Positions 46,233-56,614 are shown, counted from the stretch's first letter. The stretch: DNA of 64,000 bases from Patescibacteria group bacterium (GCA_018823045.1 JAHJIX010000002.1:64846-128845); one strand, 5' to 3'. The notes: generated by a model not told the origin, from the sequence alone. Numbers and translations are program-made.

Positions 46233-46940
46233 ATGACCATACAATACCGTATATACAATAGTACAAATAAAACAATTGTTGTACAAGACAAACAGAATCT
46301 ACTCTACATTCAACAAGAAAAAAAATGTCCATTTCAAAAAATTGTTGACCCAAACAAAAGAAACTTTTTGCCAGAAATATTAGACAAAAACATTTCTTCT
46401 CTTCATAAAGAAAATCAATTTTTACATTTGGCTTCTCTTATGAACTACAACACCCCACTTGAACAAATACCAGAATTTATCTATAGCAAACAATCAACAA
46501 ATATTTGGCAGCAATTACACGAAATAGGGATTGCTTCATTAGCAGGGCCAAATAGGCATGAAATTACTCACATCCTTCTTTACTACAGCCAAATTACTAA
46601 ACGAGCATTTTTTGATATTTCTGAACTACGAAAAAAAATAAAAGAAACACTAGTTTCTGTAGAACTTCCTGATGGAAAAATGTTGATTGTATCAAATATA
46701 TTACTCACGGCACTGGTTCACACTCATGCTCTTATTTTTATTGCACAAAAAGATACACTTTCTTCAGATGAGCTACTCCTCATTCAAGCAATATATCTTC
46801 AATTATACCCACTACACATTAATAAACAACTCTTTGACTATGTAGAGCACCCACGTATCTGTCGCTATATTTATACACAAACGACTCATTCTCCATCTAC
46901 ATCCTGGCAAGACAATATGAGTTCTATTATTTACTTTTAA
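46233..46940 (+). CDS. hypothetical protein
   Basis: RBS AGGAGG before ATG 46233. No motif. The ORF track begins at 46164. Confidence 0.4.
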   Translation: MTIQYRIYNSTNKTIVVQDKQNLLYIQQEKKCPFQKIVDPNKRNFLPEILDKNISSLHKENQFLHLASLMNYNTPLEQIPEFIYSKQSTNIWQQLHEIGIASLAGPNRHEITHILLYYSQITKRAFFDISELRKKIKETLVSVELPDGKMLIVSNILLTALVHTHALIFIAQKDTLSSDELLLIQAIYLQLYPLHINKQLFDYVEHPRICRYIYTQTTHSPSTSWQDNMSSIIYF

Positions 46941-46945
46941 TCGCT

Positions 46946-47641
46946 ATGGCTAAAAAAACACCTGCCATTAAAGACATCCCCCATGTTGACCGACCAAGAG
47001 AAAAAATAATGCGCTATGGACCGGATAAATTATCTAATACTGAACTACTTGCAATATTATTACGCACTGGACAACAAGGAGAAAATGTACTTGCTCTCTC
47101 ACATCGTGTACTCAAACAATTTCATAGTGGAAACTTAGCAAAAGCCAGCATCAAACAACTCACAGATATTCATGGTATTGGACCTGCAACAGCCTGTCAG
47201 CTGGTCGCAACGTTTGAACTCGGAAAACGATTACTGAAAGGAAAAACTGCACGACTCTATCTTTCTCCAGAAGATGTGTGGAAAGCAACACAAGACATCC
47301 GATCAAACAAAAAAGAACATACGCTTATCTTTTATTTAAATAGTCGCCAACAAGAAATCACAAAAGAGCATATTTCTGTCGGAACACTCACACAAAATTT
47401 AGTTCATCCACGAGAAGTATTTGAACCTGCCATTCGCCATAATGCAGCACAAATTATTGTAGCCCACAATCATCCTTCAGGAGATTGTGAACCCTCAGAA
47501 GAAGATATAATTGTTACAGAACGCTTAGTGCACGCTGGCATGATACTTGGAATTGATGTCATTGATCATGTTATAGTCACACAAAAATATTTTGTGAGTC
47601 TTCGAGAACGTGGTATGATACCATCACCAAGCTATGTATAA
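46946..47641 (+). CDS. RadC-like JAB/MPN domain protein
   Basis: HNHPSGDCEPSEED JAMM motif. HhH-like N-terminus. Confidence 0.8.
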   Translation: MAKKTPAIKDIPHVDRPREKIMRYGPDKLSNTELLAILLRTGQQGENVLALSHRVLKQFHSGNLAKASIKQLTDIHGIGPATACQLVATFELGKRLLKGKTARLYLSPEDVWKATQDIRSNKKEHTLIFYLNSRQQEITKEHISVGTLTQNLVHPREVFEPAIRHNAAQIIVAHNHPSGDCEPSEEDIIVTERLVHAGMILGIDVIDHVIVTQKYFVSLRERGMIPSPSYV

Positions 47642-47652
47642 TCATTTATTAT

Positions 47653-47991
47653 ATGGAAACAATATCAATTACCCATGCAAGAAAAAATATTTTTGATATA
47701 ACCGATATGATCTGTGAACAACAAACACAGGTAACCCTCACAGAATATGGAAAAGCAAAAGTAGTGATGATGTCAGCCGATGAATTTCATTCTTGGCAGC
47801 AAACAATGAAACTAGTAAAAAAAGACTTAGCATTTATGGCACACACAAAAAACTATACTAAAGCCATTCGTGCAAAAACATATATTGATCTTGAAGAAGC
47901 ATTGCAACAACAAGGCTTTGTTGTTGCAGATAAAACAAAACAAGCATATGCCACAAATAAAACTCCTCCAAAACGTAAAAAAAGATCTTAA
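47653..47991 (+). CDS. Phd/YefM family type II antitoxin (C-terminally extended)
   Basis: ISITHARKNIFDITDMI...VTLTEYGKAKVVMMSADEFHSWQQTMKL matches the Phd/YefM fold pattern. Confidence 0.6.
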   Translation: METISITHARKNIFDITDMICEQQTQVTLTEYGKAKVVMMSADEFHSWQQTMKLVKKDLAFMAHTKNYTKAIRAKTYIDLEEALQQQGFVVADKTKQAYATNKTPPKRKKRS

Positions 47992-48178
47992 ACAAATTAG
48001 TCCATTTGCACATGCACATGTCACATTGGCGATTCTTTCTCTTCGACAAAAAAAAACAGAGGGAATTGCCCTCTGTGGAATATACCATGGATTTTATGCA
48101 CTTACTGCAGCAAATTATATGATTATCTATCGCCCGTATGGCAAAGGAGATACTCGCTATATCGTTCGCATTACTTAA
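47948..48178 (+). CDS. putative RelE/ParE-family toxin overlapping the antitoxin 3' end
   Basis: MPQIKLLQNVKKDLKQI...GFYALTAANYMIIYRPYGKGDTRYIVRI resembles the RelE/ParE N-terminal KKDLKKL and C-terminal YRIIY...I.I.RI pattern. It is the internal Met of track ORF 47870..48178 and overlaps yefM by 44 bp in frame +1. Confidence 0.45.
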   Translation: MPQIKLLQNVKKDLKQISPFAHAHVTLAILSLRQKKTEGIALCGIYHGFYALTAANYMIIYRPYGKGDTRYIVRIT

Positions 48179-49028
48179 ATTTAACAGTAATAGCAACCTG
48201 CTCATCATATTCAGGCAACCCACTCGGGTTGTCTTTTGAAAATACCAATGTCCCTGTTGCTGTTGTGGCTGGATTAAATGTTAAACTACCTACAAACGGC
48301 ACAAACTCATAACTCATCCAGTCATCTTGCGCTGTAGCATATGAGCGACCAAGCACAACCCCTTCAGCATCATATAGTGTCACAGGAAAGTCTCCCTCAA
48401 AATACCAAGCCACAGCTTCACCCGCATAATATACAGGACTTTCTATATACGCATATTCTTCTGGACTCGTTAAACGAAAACTTGCTTTTTTTTGTCCTAA
48501 TTCAAATTGAATTACTTCACGATATGTTAAAGTACTTCCACTACTTTCTTGAATTTTTTGTATCACAATATACCCAGGAATTTCATTAGGTTTTTCAAAA
48601 GAAAATTGGATAGAAAAACGCGTGTTTTTCCCCTCAACTAATGGATGTGCAATATCAAGTATTCCTGTTGCAATATGTTTTCCTGTATCACTTTCAAGCA
48701 CGACTTGAGGAGGAACACCAAAAAACCAGTCACTATCTGCTCGTCCAACTAACACTACCCCACTCTGTAAAGTCTTTGGTAAATAATCAAACTCAATAAA
48801 TGGAAGTTCATCTTCTTCTACTGGTAATATTATTTTTGCTACGGGATCTACTCGTTCTACTATTTCTACTTGATCAGCATAATCAACTCCATTCTTTGTT
48901 GATGAGGTATGATTAATATTATTTTCTACAATACTATCTGAAAAAAACAATGAACGCACTGTAGAAAACGCAAGAATAAGTGTTGCAAAAAACACTAAAA
49001 CAAAAAAAGTAATGATGGTATGTTTCAT
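48171..49028 (-). CDS. hypothetical secreted/membrane-anchored protein
   Basis: N-terminal signal anchor. 285 aa. Confidence 0.4.
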   Translation of the reverse strand: MKHTIITFFVLVFFATLILAFSTVRSLFFSDSIVENNINHTSSTKNGVDYADQVEIVERVDPVAKIILPVEEDELPFIEFDYLPKTLQSGVVLVGRADSDWFFGVPPQVVLESDTGKHIATGILDIAHPLVEGKNTRFSIQFSFEKPNEIPGYIVIQKIQESSGSTLTYREVIQFELGQKKASFRLTSPEEYAYIESPVYYAGEAVAWYFEGDFPVTLYDAEGVVLGRSYATAQDDWMSYEFVPFVGSLTFNPATTATGTLVFSKDNPSGLPEYDEQVAITVKFK

Positions 49029-49122
49029 AGCATCTCTAATATTAATACAAAATCAGTAACTTGACAAGAGTGTAAATATTTTATATTATCTTTTTGGAAT
49101 ACATTACAACAGGAGGCTGACC

Positions 49123-49500
49123 ATGAACTTAAGAAAAATATACGTTCAATGTGGCTTAATCTTTGGAATATGCATTGCGTTTGATCAAAAAATGCTTTCA
49201 TTAGAAGAAATCCGCAACATTATTCAACATTTTTCTCCAAAACAATTATTAGAACTCATCAACACAACACCCAACACAACACTCAAATATGTTGTAGCTG
49301 AAATACTAAAACAACAACACCAAATACAAGTAACCCTCCCCAAAAAAACAAAAATACCTCAAACAGCTAGACAACAAATAGCTCTCCTTGATAAGGCGCC
49401 TCTCACGTTATCTGAGCTCATACGCATATACCAATTGTGTTCCGACAGAGCATTCAAAACATTGCTCTTCTATCGCATCACACACAAAGCCCTCCAATAA
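49123..49500 (+). CDS. hypothetical protein
   Basis: RBS GGAGG before the ATG. 125 aa. Confidence 0.35.
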   Translation: MNLRKIYVQCGLIFGICIAFDQKMLSLEEIRNIIQHFSPKQLLELINTTPNTTLKYVVAEILKQQHQIQVTLPKKTKIPQTARQQIALLDKAPLTLSELIRIYQLCSDRAFKTLLFYRITHKALQ

Positions 49501-49619
49501 AAAAAAGACCAGCATGTCTATAAACTGTTTTTTTTATACGCATCATCGCAAATATTAAAAATAATTTTACCTACTATTTATTTTTTCAAACAAATCATAT
49601 ATACTAGCCATATAGATTA

Positions 49620-50207
49620 ATGTATCTAAATATGGATCTACTCCAAATTGCAAATGCTCTCGTTGTCATGCTTGGAATACCAACAATACTCGGAGCATTT
49701 TTAGTTATTGGGAAAAAATTTCAAAAACTAGATGATTTATCTAATACAATAAACAATCGTGCTATTCCTGATTTGGCAGATGTACGAGAACGCATGTCTG
49801 GAATAGAGCAACGAGTTACTGGAATAGAAAAACAAATTGAAGTACTTTGGGGAGACCGCTTGGCTCCTGCAAAATCACCGAGACAATTAAATGAAAAAGG
49901 GATGTCCATTTTACAAGAAAGCGGAATTAAACAAATAGTAGACAAAAAAAGAAATGAGCTTTTAAAAACAATTAAAGAAAAAAAGTTGGATAATGCATAC
50001 GACACAGAACAAGCAATTTTTGACATACTTCGTGCACTCCCAGAGACACACCCTGAGTTAATAAACGAGCTCAAACAAGGAGCATTTACTGTCGGAGAAG
50101 ACATTAATGCAATATTGTTTGTTGGCGGAATTTATTTAAGAAATATTATATTTGATGATCTTGGTTTTCATCTCAAACATACTAAAAAAGAAAAAGTAAT
50201 GTTATAA
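49620..50207 (+). CDS. hypothetical protein with N-terminal TM
   Basis: 195 aa. Confidence 0.35.
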   Translation: MYLNMDLLQIANALVVMLGIPTILGAFLVIGKKFQKLDDLSNTINNRAIPDLADVRERMSGIEQRVTGIEKQIEVLWGDRLAPAKSPRQLNEKGMSILQESGIKQIVDKKRNELLKTIKEKKLDNAYDTEQAIFDILRALPETHPELINELKQGAFTVGEDINAILFVGGIYLRNIIFDDLGFHLKHTKKEKVML

Positions 50208-50282
50208 ATGAAGACAAGTGAGTATGTTCCTATACTATTTTTTTCATATAAATATCATATAGCAAATGCTATAAAGAAATTT

Positions 50283-50327
50283 TGACAAATAGAAAAAGTT
50301 CGCCTTAAGGCGAACTTTTTCTATTTG
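50283..50327. terminator. perfect 21-bp-arm palindrome (GACAAATAGAAAAAGTTCGCC-TTAA-GGCGAACTTTTTCTATTTGTC), bidirectional terminator-like
   Basis: Read directly. Abuts the 3' end of tRNA-Pro. Confidence 0.6.
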
Positions 50328-50401
50328 TCGGGCTAGTGGGACTCGAACCCACGACCTCCTGGTCCCAAACCAGGCGCTCTAGCCAACTGAGCTACAGCCC
50401 G
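50328..50401 (-). tRNA. tRNA-Pro (anticodon UGG)
   Basis: Acceptor CGGGCTG. Anticodon loop UUUGGGA. Confidence 0.8.
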
Positions 50402-50418
50402 ATATATACATTTTCACG

Positions 50419-50490
50419 TGCCGAGGGGGAGAGTTGAACTCCCGACACGAGGATTTTCAGTCCACTGCTCTACCACTGAGCTACCTCGGC
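50419..50490 (-). tRNA. tRNA-Phe (anticodon GAA)
   Basis: Acceptor GCCGAGG/CCTCGGC. Anticodon loop CUGAAAA. One U.U mismatch in the anticodon stem. Confidence 0.7.
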
Positions 50491-50584
50491 TTAAGCACGC
50501 CTTAGGACTTCGCCTAGTAAGGCTATTTAAGAATAGTTTACTAGGCGAAGCCCCGCCCTTTTATAGGGACGGGGCGTAGACTAG

Positions 50585-50657
50585 TGGACCAGAGAGGACT
50601 TGAACCCCCTACCTCCTCGGTGCAAACGAGGCGCTCTACCAGATGAGCTACTGGCCC
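50585..50657 (-). tRNA. tRNA-Ala (anticodon UGC)
   Basis: G3.U70 identity pair. Anticodon loop UUUGCAC. Confidence 0.8.
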
Positions 50658-50730
50658 TTCACAAGAACAATAAAACACGTCCTTGATTAACGAAAACAAT
50701 TATACCAAGTATGAAAAAATCTGTCAAGTT

Positions 50731-52422
50731 TTATTTATGTGTTCCGACAGTATAACGTAAATGCATTTCTTTCTTCTGTAATTTTTGCAAATCCGTAAAA
50801 GTTTTCTTTGTCCACGGCTTATCTTTTAATACTCCTGCAATCCAGTTGCCCCCAAGTAAATGGGGCATCATGACATAGTCAGCTCCCGCATTATAAAGTT
50901 CATGTAAACTCTCAATTTTGTATAAATTAGCAATAATTTTAATTTGTTTTGATACTTGACGAATATGTTTAATGAGTGTGACTTGATCATCCACTTCAGG
51001 CAAAGTAGAAACAACCATTTTTACTTTTGCAAATGGAAGTTGTTCTAAAAACTCAACATCAGCAGCATCGCCAAAGTATGCTGGAATTCCTATACGTTTT
51101 AGCTTTTGAACTGCATCTGGATTAAAATCAATAACCGCAAATGTTTGCCCTTTTTCTGCTAAAGCTTCACACACTTTCCAACCAATACGATGATATCCAA
51201 ACACAAGTACATCATATACTGGAATTTTTTCATCTTTTTGACGATGGCGATCTTTTCCAAATAAATCAAAAAATGGAATAAAAAATTTATAAATCTGTTC
51301 ATTGTAAGTAATCAGATATGAAGAAATAATAATCGTCACCAAAGCAATAAAGGTAAATATTTCAAGCTCAACACTTTGAATATGACCAAGTTGCTTTCCC
51401 GTAAAAAGCAAAATCAATCCAAACTCACTCACTTGTGCAGCAGTTGTTCCCGCAAGGAATGCATTTCTTCGTGTAAATTTTTGCATACGAAATGCAAGAT
51501 ATAAAATGAGTGGATTTCCAATTAAAATAAATATAGCGATGGTTAATCCTGGTAATAAAATATGATTTAAATTTGACAGGCTTAATTCACTTCCTAAAAT
51601 AATAAAAAATATGACAATAAAAAAATCACGGAGCGGTCGTATACGGCTACTAATTTGTTGTTGATATGAAGATGACCCTAAAGTTAAACCAGCAATGACT
51701 GCACCAAGTTCCACAGAAAATCCTAATTTATATAATAAACTAGCAACACCAAAACACCAAGCAAGAGTAAAAATAAATAAAAATTCAGATGATTTTGCAA
51801 TATTATGTAATAATTTTGGCACAACATAACGAGCAAGCAACAAAATAAGCGCACCCACCACAACCATCTTTATCAACACATCGATGAGCAATTCTCCAAC
51901 AGTTCCCTGACCCATAGAGGTCAATACCATCATCACAATTAAAGCAATCAGATCTTGAACAATCATGAGACCTAACATATATCGTCCATACACAGACTCC
52001 ATGTCTTTTTTGTCGGTCAACAATTTTATAATCACAATAGTGCTTGAAAATGTAATACCGATCCCTAGATATAATGCAGACAAAAATCCCATACCTAGGG
52101 CGCGAACAATAATATAACCAATACTCGCAGTTAATGTTACTTGTAATATACCTGTTGTCACTGCAACGCGCCCGATTTTTTTTATATGCTCAACATTTAA
52201 ACTTAACCCCACAACGAATAACAGCAAGACCACCCCAAATTGTGATAGCGCATCAAATAATTCCCTGTCTCCTCCAATTAAATTTAAAAAAAATGGACCA
52301 GCAACTATTCCTGCAATTAAATATGCCGTAATCAATGGTTGGCGAAGCCAACGCATAACAAAAGCAACCGTAACGGTTATTCCAAGTAAAATACTAATCT
52401 GAGAAAAAACAGTATCAAGCAT
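50731..52422 (-). CDS. monovalent cation:proton antiporter (CPA2/Kef-type) with C-terminal RCK/TrkA-N domain
   Basis: About 12 TM helices plus a Rossmann VLVFGYHRIGWKVCEAL. Confidence 0.75.
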   Translation of the reverse strand: MLDTVFSQISILLGITVTVAFVMRWLRQPLITAYLIAGIVAGPFFLNLIGGDRELFDALSQFGVVLLLFVVGLSLNVEHIKKIGRVAVTTGILQVTLTASIGYIIVRALGMGFLSALYLGIGITFSSTIVIIKLLTDKKDMESVYGRYMLGLMIVQDLIALIVMMVLTSMGQGTVGELLIDVLIKMVVVGALILLLARYVVPKLLHNIAKSSEFLFIFTLAWCFGVASLLYKLGFSVELGAVIAGLTLGSSSYQQQISSRIRPLRDFFIVIFFIILGSELSLSNLNHILLPGLTIAIFILIGNPLILYLAFRMQKFTRRNAFLAGTTAAQVSEFGLILLFTGKQLGHIQSVELEIFTFIALVTIIISSYLITYNEQIYKFFIPFFDLFGKDRHRQKDEKIPVYDVLVFGYHRIGWKVCEALAEKGQTFAVIDFNPDAVQKLKRIGIPAYFGDAADVEFLEQLPFAKVKMVVSTLPEVDDQVTLIKHIRQVSKQIKIIANLYKIESLHELYNAGADYVMMPHLLGGNWIAGVLKDKPWTKKTFTDLQKLQKKEMHLRYTVGTHK

Positions 52423-52465
52423 ACAGGCAAGAAGTCTAATAAATATATTTGTATTATACCATACT

Positions 52466-55400
52466 TTATCTTTTCTTTCGTAATTGATATATAGATCCAG
52501 TTAATTTTGTTACAAAACGCCAAGCCGTGCTTCCATGTGTTTTTGCCAATAGCGCAAATAACAAAGAAGTTAAACCGCCAGCTGTTGCTGTTAAATATTT
52601 TTCTGCGACTTCCTTATCTTTCTGTGCCTCACTTTCAATTTGCTTATCTTGGATGATTGTTTTAGCAACTCCTGTTTTAACAACATCAAAATTTCCCCGT
52701 GGTAATAATTGAAATACACCCTTTTTCTCAGATACAATACCTGAAATATTAACAAGATCACCTTCTGTAATACCTGCTAAATCAATCCCTGCACCACGTT
52801 TCATATATACTTTTATTTCTTCAGTTCCGTCATCAACATATAGATATGATGATTTTACTTCAGTCACTTCTCCACTTATACGAACCAATTGCCCCTCAAG
52901 TAATTCACCAATATCGGCAATATCAGCTAATACAACTTCTGGATCTCCGGGATGATCAATTTTTTGAATGTCTCCTTGCTCTTTTGTTTTTATACGTACT
53001 TCTCCATATGCCTCAGATAGTTCTCCTTGAATTTCAACCCGATCACCCACAGAAAATGCAGGAAAATCTTTACTATACATATACACTTGTATTCCACCTG
53101 AATTTTCTCCATTTGGTGCAACAATATAAAAAAATTGACCACCAAGTACTCCTGGCAAAACACTTACAATACCACGCACTGACACACGATCACCTATATC
53201 TTCATGACGAACAACATCAAGTGTAGTATAAATAAGTGCAGTAGCTTGTTTTTTTTGTATTGTCTTTTTTTCAGATTGAATAATAGCTGGCACCCATATA
53301 TTTTCAGCGCCCGGTGTTTGCACAAGACTTCTTTTCCATTCACCTTCAAACAAAATTGCACTAACCGCTTCTTGTGTATCTTCATAATGTACCTCTTGTA
53401 TTACTTGTTTTTGCTCATCAAGTATACGTACAGCATCCACCGTATTATTTAATGCAATTTTTGTATCTTCACGATCAAATACAAGATATGACTCTGCTGG
53501 AATAACAGTATTTTCAATAAATTTATATGGCCGAGACCCTCCTTCCATATCATCAAGATAAAATCCCGCAAGAGAAATATCATTTGGAGTTGGATTATAC
53601 AATTCAATAAATTCTTGTGTATCTGATCCTTCTGGGTCAGATACATATTCTGTAATAAATATATCTCTAATATCCCCAGCATCTTCGGTTTCTAACATAA
53701 AAAATGGATCTTCTACTGTAAGAGAAAATGTTGTTTGAGCAACGGCACCCGAATCAGAACGAACAATTAATGTCATTTTCTGTTCTCCTATTATATTAAA
53801 TGCATAACGACAAACATCTTCAGTGCAAATAGTTTTATCAAATAATCTCCATTCAAAAAAAAGAGCACTTCCCTGGTCATCAAAAGAATCAGAAGCATCA
53901 AAAATAACCTCACGATGTTTTGCAACTTGCAATGGTGCAGTAAATAAAATATGCGGTATTGAATCAGCCAAAACGACTATGTTTTCTTTTCCTTTACTTG
54001 ACTCCATACTCCATTTCCACACACCATCTACTAAAACAAAACTTTCGCCTTCAAGCACCTTATGCGTATAAACAACACTATCAACAACTTGTTCTTCTGG
54101 TGTATAAATTGTTACTATTTCTTCTCCACTATTGTTTAACGCAATATGTGTTTCTGAACGAGAAAATGCATGATATTCTCCCGGTTCAAGTACAAGCTGA
54201 CCAATTGTATAACGCCTTGATGACGCATCTCCTAATATAAACCCCTCTAATTGTTGAGTTGTCTCTCCGGCATTATATATTTCAATAAACTCGTCATCAC
54301 TATCGCTCCCAACTGGATTTGGAAATACTTCTGACAACAAAATATGACCACTATCAAAATCAACAACCTCTTCTGTTGTATCTAATGTGCTGATAATATT
54401 TTTTGCCCCCTTGGTAATAGTTGCTGTTAATGTAAAATCACGTGCATCAATTTGCGAATCTTTTCCATCTTCCCTTCGAGCAACACTATATGGGTCAGAA
54501 GCAAGCGGTGCATTATTTTCTAGCTCTCCATTTTGCCACGACCCATAAGTCACATCATCAATTAACACGCCACGTTCTGAAAATAATGCAATATAATCAC
54601 CACTATTATTTAACTTTCCTTTTGGTGTATCTACCACTAAAAAGTTTTTCGCCTGAATACTTCCAGATACATTTGTTTTTGTCTCACTCCCATCTTCAAT
54701 CCACCAACCATCAAGAAAAATAGTTTTAGTACTCTTATTATACAATTCAATAAACTCATCATAATTATCAGCAGGATCGCTGACAAACTCGTTGATAAGC
54801 ACGTCCCCCACAGCAACTGTTTGCACTGGTATACTTGGTATGCTTGCTCCACTACCACTTGAGGGGTTTGACGCAGGTGGTGGATCAGGATCTTCTACTA
54901 CTCTTGGAACAAATATATTTTCTGCTTCCTTTGTAATTACGGTTGTTAAGTTCCACCCATTATGATAAATAAAACTTTCTTCTTTTGTTGATAACAACTC
55001 CACACAAGACAACCCATCTAAACTGCCATAACACATGTCATCGATAAGCACTCCTTCAAAAAATAAACGCACATGATCGCCATCATTATTTAACTTTGGT
55101 TGTGGAAGTTCAATAACTACAAAAGACTCTGGCCCAATAGTACTAGTAGGGGCGGCTACTTCTCCCACACTATCAGCAATCGTATAGCCCTCTAAAGAAA
55201 CAGAACTTGTTGCGCTATTATATAATTCAACCCATTCAAGTCCATCGGCATTTGGATATATTTCAGATAATATAATAGAAGGTGTACTTGTTGGTACATC
55301 TGGTACTGGTTCAGGAATAATTTCAGTACTATGACTAAACTGAAATATACTTGAAGTACTGTGTTCTAAACCGGTGGCATCACTCACAAGCAGTTCAACT

Positions 55401-56149
55401 GTGGACGATACCACAGAAAATTTATGCGTACTCGTTAGACCGCTCGCTTGTGCACTATCTCCAAAATTCCACTGAAACAATATCATATCTTCATCTGGAT
55501 CAACACTGGTACTCGCATCAAAAAATACATCAGTGCTTGTTGCAAATGGAATAATGGAATACGAAAAATGTGCTTCTGGAGGTGATGGTTCAGGATCTGA
55601 AATTATTTGCCCCGCCCAATAATTTGCAATACCTAACGTATGACTATCTGGATGCTCTACCCAATTTGTTTCATCATAAATATCGTCCATTATACCTTTT
55701 CGCTCTAAAGAAAAATCAGAAGCAACAACATAAGTAAACTGCTCAACAAATTCACCCAAATTATTTTTTAATCCTATTCTTTCCCCTCCTTCACTTAAGG
55801 TTCCCCAAGAACTATCAAAAACACTTACTGAAATAATATATTTCTCCATTAACTGCTCGGCATCTTGTGCAATAATAGCATACTTCCCAGATTGAAGTGT
55901 GCTAGTTCCTGAAATAAGATTAAGCCCATGGTTCGTATCTGCTTCCCAAAATTTCCACCCACTTAAATCAATCGCTTCATCTCCTCTATTTACAATTTCT
56001 ATCCACTCAAGTCCCCCTGTTTCAAATGCACCAATCTCTGTAATAACAATTGATGAAAATTCAGATCGTGCAATAAGTGCGTATAAAAAAAAGCCACATA
56101 TGGCAAAACAAAACATGGCAATTCGAATTGTTGATCTATATTGTTGCAT
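52466..56149 (-). CDS. giant surface protein with at least 5 lamin-tail-like domains (LTD) and a C-terminal TM anchor
   Basis: Repeated I.L.E.....G.DEFIELYN......L.G..L.D units (e.g. VLINEFVSDPADNYDEFIELYNKS...LDGWWIED). N-terminal signal anchor. C-terminal hydrophobic helix. Confidence 0.55.
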   Translation of the reverse strand: MQQYRSTIRIAMFCFAICGFFLYALIARSEFSSIVITEIGAFETGGLEWIEIVNRGDEAIDLSGWKFWEADTNHGLNLISGTSTLQSGKYAIIAQDAEQLMEKYIISVSVFDSSWGTLSEGGERIGLKNNLGEFVEQFTYVVASDFSLERKGIMDDIYDETNWVEHPDSHTLGIANYWAGQIISDPEPSPPEAHFSYSIIPFATSTDVFFDASTSVDPDEDMILFQWNFGDSAQASGLTSTHKFSVVSSTVELLVSDATGLEHSTSSIFQFSHSTEIIPEPVPDVPTSTPSIILSEIYPNADGLEWVELYNSATSSVSLEGYTIADSVGEVAAPTSTIGPESFVVIELPQPKLNNDGDHVRLFFEGVLIDDMCYGSLDGLSCVELLSTKEESFIYHNGWNLTTVITKEAENIFVPRVVEDPDPPPASNPSSGSGASIPSIPVQTVAVGDVLINEFVSDPADNYDEFIELYNKSTKTIFLDGWWIEDGSETKTNVSGSIQAKNFLVVDTPKGKLNNSGDYIALFSERGVLIDDVTYGSWQNGELENNAPLASDPYSVARREDGKDSQIDARDFTLTATITKGAKNIISTLDTTEEVVDFDSGHILLSEVFPNPVGSDSDDEFIEIYNAGETTQQLEGFILGDASSRRYTIGQLVLEPGEYHAFSRSETHIALNNSGEEIVTIYTPEEQVVDSVVYTHKVLEGESFVLVDGVWKWSMESSKGKENIVVLADSIPHILFTAPLQVAKHREVIFDASDSFDDQGSALFFEWRLFDKTICTEDVCRYAFNIIGEQKMTLIVRSDSGAVAQTTFSLTVEDPFFMLETEDAGDIRDIFITEYVSDPEGSDTQEFIELYNPTPNDISLAGFYLDDMEGGSRPYKFIENTVIPAESYLVFDREDTKIALNNTVDAVRILDEQKQVIQEVHYEDTQEAVSAILFEGEWKRSLVQTPGAENIWVPAIIQSEKKTIQKKQATALIYTTLDVVRHEDIGDRVSVRGIVSVLPGVLGGQFFYIVAPNGENSGGIQVYMYSKDFPAFSVGDRVEIQGELSEAYGEVRIKTKEQGDIQKIDHPGDPEVVLADIADIGELLEGQLVRISGEVTEVKSSYLYVDDGTEEIKVYMKRGAGIDLAGITEGDLVNISGIVSEKKGVFQLLPRGNFDVVKTGVAKTIIQDKQIESEAQKDKEVAEKYLTATAGGLTSLLFALLAKTHGSTAWRFVTKLTGSIYQLRKKR

Positions 56150-56610
56150 ATCCCCCCAATAAACATAAATATAATAATCACTGTATATTGTATCACAAAA
56201 AAATAAAAATTTCTAAACAAATGCTTGTGTATTTTCAACATAAAATGCTATACTGGAACTATTCTATAATTACTCTTCTTATGCTCCTCGAAACATTTTT
56301 TCCAACACTTCCAACAACTGGTTTTACCTGGTTTGTCCACATTATTGCACTTGCAGGAGCCATTTGTCTTGCCTACGCAGTGTTTATTGAAAAAGAATAC
56401 CGACAAGATATTATTCGTGGCTTAGGAGCATTTGCACTACTCGGATATGCCATTTTTATAAAAAATGGTCTCTTTGCATTTGCAATGGGAATTCTTGCAC
56501 TAGCATCTCTTGTTGAATTTATTGAAATTATGCTTGGCCTTCATCAAACAGAAAAAGATCATATGAAAAAATATAAACATATGTGGCGCACGCGCGCAAA
56601 AAAACAATAA
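56077..56610 (+). CDS. hypothetical membrane protein
   Basis: 4 TM helices. The true start is probably the Met near 56215. Confidence 0.35.
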   Translation: MRIKKSHIWQNKTWQFELLIYIVAYPPNKHKYNNHCILYHKKIKISKQMLVYFQHKMLYWNYSIITLLMLLETFFPTLPTTGFTWFVHIIALAGAICLAYAVFIEKEYRQDIIRGLGAFALLGYAIFIKNGLFAFAMGILALASLVEFIEIMLGLHQTEKDHMKKYKHMWRTRAKKQ

Positions 56611-56614
56611 ATAT

